Part shown: piece by piece, positions 1 to 8,390 of the stretch
Layout of the letters: every line of letters starts with the position of its first letter
Position numbering within the stretch: position 1 is the first letter of the stretch
Assembly (NCBI GenBank): GCA_964388575.1
Contig: CAYMAZ010000002.1
Location: forward strand, 4,657-68,656
Source of the DNA: an uncultured Bacteroidales bacterium
GTDB lineage: Bacteria > Bacteroidota > Bacteroidia > Bacteroidales > DTU049
DNA length: 64,000 nt
Direction: 5' to 3'
The notes under the pieces: model-generated
What the model was told of the DNA's origin: nothing
The model's database searches: none
The model's input: the letters and a program-made list of their open reading frames with translations, nothing else
Position numbers and translations under genes: made by a program

Positions 1-1329
1 TGCTCCGGTATTCAAAGGATCAAGCCAATCACTCAGGCGCGAAGCAGATGTTCCGCCTCCGGTCCATGACACACCAAGTTTGCCATACCAGTCAGAAGTA
101 AGACTGGTGCAGGAAGCATACCCACCATGCAGCTGTCCGATAATTCTTCCCTGAGTATCAAATAATGGAGATCCTGACGAACCTCCCTCGGTCGTTGTCC
201 CATCACTCCATTGAGTAATACGCCAGTGGGTTCCGTTTCCGGGAACCGTATTTTGCAAATATGTTGTTGTACTCACACCCATATCTGACCAGCTGATTTT
301 TTTGATATCTCCCGAAGGATGATGAATTCCCCAAATTTTACCACTTATATTATTATCATTTGTTTTGTTCCATCCTGCATAATAAACGTTAAAGTTTGAA
401 GGCACAGGCTGGTTGATTTCCATAAGCCACATGTCAGAGTTGGAGTATCTTGCTTTATTTGATGCTCCACTGACGTAGTCATAGGGTGGAGAGCTTGGTG
501 GATTGGCGCAAGTGGGACTTTGCCAGTTGAACCAGAAAACCACTGATCCCGGATTTGTATAACAGTGATCAGCACTCAAAACGTATGGTTTCCCATCAGA
601 TGAAGTATTATTAATTAAGGCTCCGGTACAAAACCCACTGCTACCTGTAACAAGCATACAAACACTCCGGATTTGGTCTTCCATGGGTGCTGCTTCAGGA
701 CAGGAAACATTCACATTGCATGAACCGGAATTCCCAAACCCCTTTATAAACTCTTCCGGTCCGCGATAACCATGAGTGACTCTTGCAAGTCTCAACACGC
801 CTTCGAAAGCCACGTTGGCAGGTTCAAAATATTCAATTGTAATCAAATCACCTCTGATGAGTGTGGTTGCAAAAAGGAGATCTTCCTGATTATTGTAATC
901 ATTAAATGGCCCGTGAATTTCTGATCTGTCCTGGTTATAAATGAACAACTTTGCTCCGGAAGGAAGGATAAACTCATTAAATAACAGATTGATTGACAAA
1001 GCTCCTGGAGAAGATATAGAAAGCCGCCACAGTTTGCTTCCATCTTTTAGAGTCTCTTCAACTCCGTGAGTTTCCCTGCCCAGATTGACATCAATATTTT
1101 GACCGAAACGCCATGGGATATCTTTGTGATTATCCAGAATCAAATCTTCTGCTTTCAATGCTTCCACATCCACATAGGGCATTTTTTCAACGGGAACGTT
1201 TTTTATGAATGTGCTTTGCAAATCGTAGGAAAATGAATAGGGAAGATCAGTCCGATCACTCTGAGAATGAACAGGATGTATTAACACCATCAATAATATG
1301 GCAACAATTATTGAATAATTTCTTTTCAT
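1..1329 (-). CDS. Secreted trypsin-fold (S1) serine endopeptidase, lysyl/arginyl-endopeptidase-like; the 3-prime end lies outside the window
   Basis: The reverse-strand frame is open from the ATG (1329-1327) to position 1 (443 codons). It is absent from the ORF track because it has no stop in the window. My translation starts MKRNYSIIVAILLMVLIHPVHSQ (signal peptide). It contains trypsin-fold triad contexts VLSADHC (His), NSDMWLMEI (candidate Asp) and TEGGSSGSPLFD (Ser). The family call is from motif memory only. Confidence 0.7.
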   Translation of the reverse strand, partial: MKRNYSIIVAILLMVLIHPVHSQSDRTDLPYSFSYDLQSTFIKNVPVEKMPYVDVEALKAEDLILDNHKDIPWRFGQNIDVNLGRETHGVEETLKDGSKLWRLSISSPGALSINLLFNEFILPSGAKLFIYNQDRSEIHGPFNDYNNQEDLLFATTLIRGDLITIEYFEPANVAFEGVLRLARVTHGYRGPEEFIKGFGNSGSCNVNVSCPEAAPMEDQIRSVCMLVTGSSGFCTGALINNTSSDGKPYVLSADHCYTNPGSVVFWFNWQSPTCANPPSSPPYDYVSGASNKARYSNSDMWLMEINQPVPSNFNVYYAGWNKTNDNNISGKIWGIHHPSGDIKKISWSDMGVSTTTYLQNTVPGNGTHWRITQWSDGTTTEGGSSGSPLFDTQGRIIGQLHGGYASCTSLTSDWYGKLGVSWTGGGTSASRLSDWLDPLNTGA

Positions 1330-1484
1330 AAAAGAGGTTTTTAATTTCATACAAAAGGCATATTTCAATTAAAAAACTTCAAAATTAGCTTGAATTTTTC
1401 ATTTTGTAATTTTTTTTTTGACCTCATCATTTTTTTCAGTTCGAAATTTTTCAAATTCGATTTTGTTGATTCACGGATTCAATG

Positions 1485-1492
1485 TAATTTTG
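1485..1492 (+). promoter_or_regulatory. Candidate Bacteroidota -7 promoter box (TAATTTTG) for fbaA
   Basis: Matches the TAnnTTTG consensus 32 nt upstream of the fbaA ATG. It sits within TGTAATTTTG, a string that recurs upstream of several genes in this window. Confidence 0.45.
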
Positions 1493-1523
1493 AATCAAAA
1501 TAGAAATTAAAAAAATCAGCAAT

Positions 1524-2597
1524 ATGAAATTATCTGAAAAAGTAAAGCCTGGTGTTGCAACCGGTATTGATGTAAAAACAATATTTGATTACGCAAAAGC
1601 CAATGAATTTGCACTACCGGCAGTCAATGTCGTTGGCACGGACTCCGTTAATGCTGTTCTGGAAGCAGGAAAAGCCTTGAACTCTCCGGTCATTATTCAA
1701 TTTTCCAACGGTGGCGGTCAGTTTTATGCTGGGAAAGGTATTCCTGACTCGATGAAAGCTGCTGTTGCAGGTTCCATTTCAGGAGCCTATCATGTTCACC
1801 GGATTGCTGAACTATATGAAATTCCTGTCATTCTTCATACTGATCATGCCGCTAAAAAACTTTTACCATGGATTGATGCGCTGTTGGATGAGGGTGAAAA
1901 GTTTTTCAGTGTACACGGAAAACCCTTATTCAGTTCACACATGCTTGATTTGTCAGAAGAGACACTTGAAGAAAATATTGATATCTGCAAACGATATCTT
2001 GAACGTATGAGCAAAATGGGCATGACGCTGGAAATTGAGCTTGGTGTCACCGGCGGAGAAGAAGACGGCGTTGACAACACTGGAATTGAGAGTTCAAAGC
2101 TCTATACACAGCCTGAACACGTGGCCTATGCCTATGAAAATCTTATTCAAATCAGTGATGATTTCACAATCGCTGCTTCTTTCGGAAATGTACACGGTGT
2201 CTATAAACCTGGAAATGTTAAGCTTGAACCGAAAATTCTCAGAAATTCCCAGAAATATGTGATGGAAAAATATGGACTCTCAGATGAAAAGCCGCTGAAT
2301 TTTGTTTTTCACGGCGGTTCAGGATCAACACGTGAAGAAATTCGTGAAGCCATTTCATACGGTGTGATTAAAATGAACATTGACACTGACACTCAGTGGG
2401 CATTCTGGGATGGAGTACACAAGTTCTATCAGAACAAAAAGGAATATCTGCAGGGACAAATCGGAAATCCCGAAGGTGAAGACAAGCCCAATAAAAAATA
2501 TTATGACCCAAGGGCATGGCTGCGTGAAGGGGAGAAGAGCATTGTGGAAAGATTAAAGATTGCCTTTGAAGACCTGAATGCTGTGAGCAGGTATTAG
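1524..2597 (+). CDS. fbaA: Fructose-bisphosphate aldolase, class II
   Basis: 357-aa ORF with class II FBA hallmarks: PVIIQFSNGGG, HTDH, ELGVTGGEEDGV, FGNVHGVYK, FVFHGGSGS. Confidence 0.95.
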   Translation: MKLSEKVKPGVATGIDVKTIFDYAKANEFALPAVNVVGTDSVNAVLEAGKALNSPVIIQFSNGGGQFYAGKGIPDSMKAAVAGSISGAYHVHRIAELYEIPVILHTDHAAKKLLPWIDALLDEGEKFFSVHGKPLFSSHMLDLSEETLEENIDICKRYLERMSKMGMTLEIELGVTGGEEDGVDNTGIESSKLYTQPEHVAYAYENLIQISDDFTIAASFGNVHGVYKPGNVKLEPKILRNSQKYVMEKYGLSDEKPLNFVFHGGSGSTREEIREAISYGVIKMNIDTDTQWAFWDGVHKFYQNKKEYLQGQIGNPEGEDKPNKKYYDPRAWLREGEKSIVERLKIAFEDLNAVSRY

Positions 2598-2828
2598 AAT
2601 TCTGTAAAACAGTATATAAACTATTATCTTTGCCTGCTCTCAAAATTTTGTGATTGCAGGATGGAACTCTGACTATTTCTGTTTTACACATCGAAAAAAA
2701 ACAAGAAAATTCAATCTGCAAGATTCTACAGATTGATTAAAACGTGATTTTCATGGTTCAATCAAAATAAACTGAACCAAACACTAAGGATTTCCTGTCA
2801 AAAGCATGTACAACACGATATGACAACA

Positions 2829-5138
2829 TCAATAAACTATAACTTTAGCTGAAAAATATTCCTTTCCAGAAAAGATGCTGAGGAGATAGACACCAGGACT
2901 GATTGCAATATCTCCTGATTTAAAAGAATTCATTCCCGGAACCATCAGAATCTGATCTGAATATACTGTCTGACCACTCATGTTCAGCAAAAACACCTGA
3001 GCTTTGCCACCGGAATTCACTTTGAATGCATATTCAAATTCACCGTTTCCTGGATTTGGAAACACATTAAGTTCACTGACCTGAATTCCTTGCGCAGTAC
3101 AATCAGGAATAATCATTTTAAACTTAAAATCATTTCTGACCTGTTCATGGATTGTACATGCCCTAAGCATCAGAAAGTCCTGAATTTCAACAACTCCGCT
3201 GAACCAGGATTGAAAACTTGACGGATGATCAAATAATTCTGACTGGCTTTCAATTTCATCCATCATTTGTAGAATCAGGTTTTGTAATACTTGATCCGTT
3301 CGTTTATATAATAATTCCGTATTTAGTAAATATTGAAACCGCTCAAAAAATTGAGTTGAAAATTCTGAATTCTGCATCAGTTTTCTAAAAAACAGTGTTG
3401 ACTTTGCATTTGTTGGATAATCTTGAATCTCGTCACTAAGAGCATGTTTCAGGCCCTGAAAAGAAACATTATTCAATGCTCCGTCACAATCAAAGAGCAC
3501 CCATCTCCATTTACTCCCTTTTTCTCCTGACCGCCAGCACAAAACATTGTTTGCAGGCCAGTCATAATTGGCAATAAATATTTCATAAATCTGATAATCA
3601 ATAAAATTTCCAATATCAATCAGAGATTTGACATATTCGTAATTGACCGAAACTCTGAGATCGTTGTTTTCGATAAACCTGTAAAGTTCATTAAATTCAG
3701 TATTATCACCGATCAAACTGTGATCTGCCCAGTTTTCAATAACATCAATACTATCTTTATGTAAACTGTGATAATGTTTGAAAAAATGTTCATCTCTGCG
3801 CTCCTGCATAAAATATATACCGCGATATTCACCATTGATATAAACAATGACCGGTCGTGATGCCGGAGTTTCAAATTTCAGATTTTTGGCTATCTCTAAT
3901 GCCAGATGATCTTCAATTCCACTTTCCGTCCATGATGACATGAATGGCCTGAGGATAAATCTTTTATATTCCTGTTGCAGTCTTTCAGGAAACAATTCAT
4001 GATTTATACTGCTCTTTCCGTATTCATCCCGGGCATAAATGCGAAGACCTTTTTGTTGAAATCTTCTCATATTTCCACCATGTGTTCGTAGTCCGACAGT
4101 CTGCCTGATTCGGCATGAGTCTCCGGGTTCAAAAAACTCCATTCTTGCAGACCTCTCCCATTCCCGCCCACGCATATAATAATTTCCTGTCCAGTCAGGA
4201 TCTTCGTCAACAAAATGAATTCCCGGAACAAAAATCCCTGTTGTGTCAGAAAACAGATCTTCAGGACTTGCTGTAAGACTTATTACAGGCAGATTTCCGT
4301 GATCATGTCCGAGATGTCTGAACAGATAAGTATGTGTTTCCGTATGATTCAACTGACGCCCCATGAAGTCAAAAACTGCTGCAGAAATAACAATTGCATT
4401 ATTTTTATGATCAACTGGGACAAACTGATTCTCAGGTGGAGACATCAGAATCTGACACATTACAACCGGAGATGTATGGCTCTGGTCTAATTGAAGTGGT
4501 TCAACATACAACATTGACTGATCGTTTGGGACTGACCCGTCAGTTGTATATCTGATTTCACCCTCATAACCTGCTGTATTCAGTGAAAGTGTAAAAAAAT
4601 CATCATACATCCTGCCTTGATGAGAAAACATGCTTGCAGGAGGTGGAAGTCCGGGACTATTTGGTGCTCCCGGACTGGATGCCTGAAAAAGTGCAAGAGT
4701 GTCAGAACCGTCAGGAAACAAGCCAAAACTGTAATTTGAGAACATGTCAACAGGTGGCATTTGATGTATAATGCTTCCATTCTGTGTAACGTAAAGTGTT
4801 TCTCCTGTAGAATTGATGCTGAAGCCTGTATGCAATTCCTCACCACTCACAGATCTGTCTTTACCGGAAGCAAAAACAACCATGAACCCGGCAGGTATTA
4901 TGACAGTATCCGGAAAACACCATTTATACATATCATTTATATTGTCTGTCAGGCAATATGAGACCAGAGGAACCGGCGTATTTGTCCTGTTATAAAGCTC
5001 AATCCAATCTGAAGATTCATTGTCCTCATCATAAAAAAAATTATGATTTGCTGACATAAACTCATTGATCACAATATTCTGAGCTTTTCCACAAAAGAAT
5101 AAAAATATTAAAATAAAAATGAGTGAACCTCTTTTCAT
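2829..5138 (-). CDS. CotH-family protein with an N-terminal lamin-tail-like domain and a T9SS C-terminal sorting domain
   Basis: 769 aa with a signal peptide. It has an LTD-like segment (IVINEFMSAN..SDWIELYN) and a central CotH-like region (YRGIYFMQERRD, WRWVLFDCDGA). The C-terminal T9SS type-A domain reads VFPNPGNGEFEYAF...VIVY. Confidence 0.75.
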   Translation of the reverse strand: MKRGSLIFILIFLFFCGKAQNIVINEFMSANHNFFYDEDNESSDWIELYNRTNTPVPLVSYCLTDNINDMYKWCFPDTVIIPAGFMVVFASGKDRSVSGEELHTGFSINSTGETLYVTQNGSIIHQMPPVDMFSNYSFGLFPDGSDTLALFQASSPGAPNSPGLPPPASMFSHQGRMYDDFFTLSLNTAGYEGEIRYTTDGSVPNDQSMLYVEPLQLDQSHTSPVVMCQILMSPPENQFVPVDHKNNAIVISAAVFDFMGRQLNHTETHTYLFRHLGHDHGNLPVISLTASPEDLFSDTTGIFVPGIHFVDEDPDWTGNYYMRGREWERSARMEFFEPGDSCRIRQTVGLRTHGGNMRRFQQKGLRIYARDEYGKSSINHELFPERLQQEYKRFILRPFMSSWTESGIEDHLALEIAKNLKFETPASRPVIVYINGEYRGIYFMQERRDEHFFKHYHSLHKDSIDVIENWADHSLIGDNTEFNELYRFIENNDLRVSVNYEYVKSLIDIGNFIDYQIYEIFIANYDWPANNVLCWRSGEKGSKWRWVLFDCDGALNNVSFQGLKHALSDEIQDYPTNAKSTLFFRKLMQNSEFSTQFFERFQYLLNTELLYKRTDQVLQNLILQMMDEIESQSELFDHPSSFQSWFSGVVEIQDFLMLRACTIHEQVRNDFKFKMIIPDCTAQGIQVSELNVFPNPGNGEFEYAFKVNSGGKAQVFLLNMSGQTVYSDQILMVPGMNSFKSGDIAISPGVYLLSIFSGKEYFSAKVIVY

Positions 5139-5239
5139 AAGGATTCTTTATGCTCAAAATTACAGTATTTATTTTAATCGCAGTAAATTCATTCATTATC
5201 TGAATGTTGAGAAAATAAGATTCAGGAAAAGTCAACCAT

Positions 5240-6127
5240 TTATGCCGGATCTACATGGATCGCAACATGCGTGTCTTCGCCGAATCTTTTTTTAAGCTTT
5301 TCCTCAACAACAAGCGTTACATCATGTGATTTCTGAACCGTCATAGAACTGTCTATCTTGATGTGGATTTCAATAGCAATATTGTTTCCCAGCCTTCGGG
5401 TACGAAGTCCGTGAGGCTCCTGAACATGCTCAACACTGCTGATGATTCTGCATATTTCATTTCTCATATCCTCGGGCAGAGATTTCTCGAGAAGATCGTT
5501 GACAGCAGGCACAATAATCCTGTATGCGACGCGAAGAATCAGAAAACTCACGATGGCTGCTGCAAGAGGATCAAGAATTTGCCATTTCCCTCCAATAAAA
5601 ATTGCTCCCCCGATTCCAAGCAATGAGGCAACTGAAGAGAGCGCATCTGAGCGGTGATGCCATGCATTGGCCTTCAGTATCTGGCTGTTCAGTTTCTTTG
5701 AAAAAAATAATGTATACCAGAACAGCACTTCTTTTATAAGAATTGATATTCCGGCTGCAATAAGAGCAAGTGTTTCAGGTGGTTCCTTTAAATTTCCATG
5801 TAAATAGCTTCCGATATTCACACCTGCATCCCATAAAATTCCAAATCCTGCAACGGCGAGAATGATTCCAACTACAAATGTTGAGAATGTTTCAAATTTG
5901 CCATGACCATACCGATGGTTTTCATCAACAGGTTGTGATGCGAACCTCACAAAAATAAGAACTATAATATCAGAAATAAGATCAGAGAGAGAATGTGTTG
6001 CATCTGCAATCATGGCACTGCTTCTTCCGGCTACGCCCGCTATGTATTTGAAAACTGTCAGAATAACATTGGCAACAAAACCGATGAACGTGACTTTATA
6101 GACTGATGAATTACCCGTTTTTGACAT
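5240..6127 (-). CDS. Cation diffusion facilitator (CDF) family divalent-metal efflux transporter
   Basis: 295 aa with about six TM helices. CDF metal-site motifs are HSLSDLISD and HHRSDALSS. A C-terminal cytoplasmic domain follows. Confidence 0.9.
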   Translation of the reverse strand: MSKTGNSSVYKVTFIGFVANVILTVFKYIAGVAGRSSAMIADATHSLSDLISDIIVLIFVRFASQPVDENHRYGHGKFETFSTFVVGIILAVAGFGILWDAGVNIGSYLHGNLKEPPETLALIAAGISILIKEVLFWYTLFFSKKLNSQILKANAWHHRSDALSSVASLLGIGGAIFIGGKWQILDPLAAAIVSFLILRVAYRIIVPAVNDLLEKSLPEDMRNEICRIISSVEHVQEPHGLRTRRLGNNIAIEIHIKIDSSMTVQKSHDVTLVVEEKLKKRFGEDTHVAIHVDPA

Positions 6128-6270
6128 GCCGGTATATTATTATTGTACAAAGTTATACCTTTTAACTGATTTTTATTCCTAAACTTAACATCATGATTTT
6201 AATGTTTTGCTTACTTCAAACTTGAATTCACACTAAAATTTTGTATTATTGCATAACAAATCCATGAACT

Positions 6271-7830
6271 ATGAAATATTCCATTTTTTCATTAATAATT
6301 TTTCTATCGGTCATTACAAATGGTCAGGTGATGAATATCAAAATCAACGATCAGCAAGGACCCAATGAACCAACAATTTTCATGGATCCAAACAACACCA
6401 ACCAGCTTGTGGCGGGTTCCAACCTGAATCTTTTTTACTATTCGGAAGACGGCGGTTATACATGGACAACACGAGTTCTGGAATCAGTTGAGTATGGGGT
6501 GTGGGGTGATCCCTGTGTTATCATGGACACAGCCGGACATATTTATTTCTTTCACCTGTCCAATCCTGCCGTCGGAAACTGGATTGATCGTATTGTTTGT
6601 CAGAAATCAACAGATTCGGGACTGAGCTGGAATACCGTCACGTATATGGGTCTGAACGGGACCAAAGCCCAGGACAAGGAATGGGCAGTCGTAGACAGGT
6701 CAAACAATAATATTTATGTGACCTGGACTCAGTTTGATCAATACGGAAGTTCCAATCCCAATGACAGCAGTATTATCAGGTTTTCCAGATCAACTGACGG
6801 AGGAATGTCATGGTCTGAAGCTGTCAGGATAAGTAAATTTGCCGGTGACTGTGTCGATAAGGATGAAACTGTTGAAGGAGCCGTCCCAACTGTGGGACCC
6901 AACGGAGAAATTTACGTTTCATGGTCAGGCCCCATGGGAATCCGTTTCAACAGGTCAACAGACGAAGGAGACACATGGTTGGCTGAAGAAATTTTCGTTT
7001 CGGACCAGCCCGGAGGCTGGGATTATAATGTACCCGGAATAATGCGATGTAACGGTTTGCCTGTTACTGTTTGTGATATCAGCGGAGGACCTCATCACGG
7101 GACCATTTATATCAACTGGACTGATCAGAGAAACGGCACCGATGATACAGATGTTTGGCTTTCAAAATCCACAGACGGTGGTATTACATGGTCACCCCCG
7201 GTAAGAGTCAATGATGATCCTCCAGGGAAACATCAGTTTTTCACATGGATGACCGTGGATCAGGTAACAGGATACCTGTATTTTGTGTATTATGACAGAC
7301 GAAATGATTCATTGAATGTGAATGCGACCGAAGTATTTCTGGCCGTTTCAAAAGACGGTGGCAACACATTTGTCAATCACCTCATCAGTGAATCACCGTT
7401 TATTCCGAATGCAGGTATATTTTTCGGAGATTACAACAATATTGCTGCGCACAACAATGTCATCAGACCAGTTTGGGTTAGGATGCACAATAATGAACGA
7501 AGCATCATGACCGGAATCATCAACGACCCGGATCTTTCAGTTCACAGCTTTTCAGATCAGATTCCGGTCATCATTGAACAGAATTATCCCAATCCTTTCA
7601 GTGACCAGACCTGGCTCGCTTTTAAAGTGGAGCGCCCTGCATACGTCACAGTGAAAGTAATTGATATTTTTGGCAGGGAAATCACATCCATATACAACAA
7701 TGAACTTCTTCAGCCCGGCAGATATATTCAGCAGTTTGATGTTCAAACAAACCAGGTCAATCCCGGTGTCTATTTTTTCAAAGTCACAACCGGAAATAAA
7801 TCTGTTTCCAAAAAGATGGTCGTGCAATAA
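6271..7830 (+). CDS. BNR/Asp-box repeat (sialidase-fold) secreted protein with a T9SS sorting domain
   Basis: 519 aa with a signal peptide. Five clear Asp-boxes are present (SEDGGYTW, STDSGLSW, STDGGMSW, STDEGDTW, STDGGITW). The C-terminal T9SS domain reads NYPNPFSDQTWLAF... The substrate is unknown. Confidence 0.75.
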   Translation: MKYSIFSLIIFLSVITNGQVMNIKINDQQGPNEPTIFMDPNNTNQLVAGSNLNLFYYSEDGGYTWTTRVLESVEYGVWGDPCVIMDTAGHIYFFHLSNPAVGNWIDRIVCQKSTDSGLSWNTVTYMGLNGTKAQDKEWAVVDRSNNNIYVTWTQFDQYGSSNPNDSSIIRFSRSTDGGMSWSEAVRISKFAGDCVDKDETVEGAVPTVGPNGEIYVSWSGPMGIRFNRSTDEGDTWLAEEIFVSDQPGGWDYNVPGIMRCNGLPVTVCDISGGPHHGTIYINWTDQRNGTDDTDVWLSKSTDGGITWSPPVRVNDDPPGKHQFFTWMTVDQVTGYLYFVYYDRRNDSLNVNATEVFLAVSKDGGNTFVNHLISESPFIPNAGIFFGDYNNIAAHNNVIRPVWVRMHNNERSIMTGIINDPDLSVHSFSDQIPVIIEQNYPNPFSDQTWLAFKVERPAYVTVKVIDIFGREITSIYNNELLQPGRYIQQFDVQTNQVNPGVYFFKVTTGNKSVSKKMVVQ

Positions 7831-7909
7831 AAAATGATGATCAACAATGAACAGCCTCTTTTAATAAGGCTATAGGCTCTTAACTAAAAGGCTTTATGAC
7901 CTCAATCAT
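7816..7909. repeat. Direct repeat copy 1: real 3-prime end of the BNR gene, terminator region, and a decayed aor 3-prime end
   Basis: Aligns by eye to 8295-8390. The minus-strand frame reads EKMIEVIKPFS-stop, compared with the real aor C-terminus ELIEVITPLQ-stop. Confidence 0.8.
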
Positions 7910-7939
7910 TTTTTCAGCGTTATTACACCCTCACTTTTC

Positions 7940-7996
7940 TGTTTTGTCATGAAATTTGCACGCTTCGCGCAAATTTACATGCCAAAACATTTTTTT
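7940..7996 (+). terminator. Long near-perfect hairpin followed by a T7 run (rho-independent terminator-like, plus strand)
   Basis: TGTTTTG-t-CATG-AAATTTGC (7940-7959) pairs with GCAAATTT-a-CATG-c-CAAAACA (7969-7989). The loop contains ACGCTTCGC. TTTTTTT follows at 7990-7996. Confidence 0.6.
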
Positions 7997-8294
7997 CTTT
8001 CTTTCTTTTCCACGGGTGACGCTTCGCTTACTCGTGGTTGCTAATATTTAAGCCCTACGGGCTTTTCCACTTTATGTACTCACTATCATATTAATTGTCC
8101 CATTGGGCAAACCAAACCATACATGATATTTTCATGCCATCAGGAATGAGAAAAAATACCGATGAAAGACTTAAAGCTACATCTATCCCCATTTTAAAAT
8201 ATACGAATGCAACAAAAGACACTCGAAACGACATATCACCCTAATAATCTGACTGTTATTTTCATTTTTTGAAAAAAATGTAGTAAACTGTAAA

Positions 8295-8390
8295 ATGGTC
8301 GTGCAATAAAAAAAAAGGCTGATCATCAATGAACAGCCTCTTTTTTAAGTTTATGAACTCTTTACTGTAAAGGTGTGATAACCTCAATCA
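8295..8390. repeat. Direct repeat copy 2: non-coding copy of the BNR gene end, functional terminator, and the real aor 3-prime end
   Basis: 8295-8309 repeats ATGGTCGTGCAATAA, the last codons and stop of the gene that ends at 7830. 8362-8390 is the true aor C-terminus. Confidence 0.8.
8316..8346. terminator. Bidirectional rho-independent terminator between the repeat and aor
   Basis: AGGCTG (8316-8321) pairs with CAGCCT (8334-8339). It is flanked by an upstream A-run and a downstream T6 run, so it can serve both convergent directions. Confidence 0.6.

Noticed and set aside
2598-2828. Hairpin TGGTTCA..TGAACCA and the surrounding 230-bp convergent spacer between fbaA and the CotH gene
   Set aside because: A 7-bp stem with a 12-nt loop and no adjacent T-run is ordinary for a convergent intergenic region. 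No further structure or repeat was seen.
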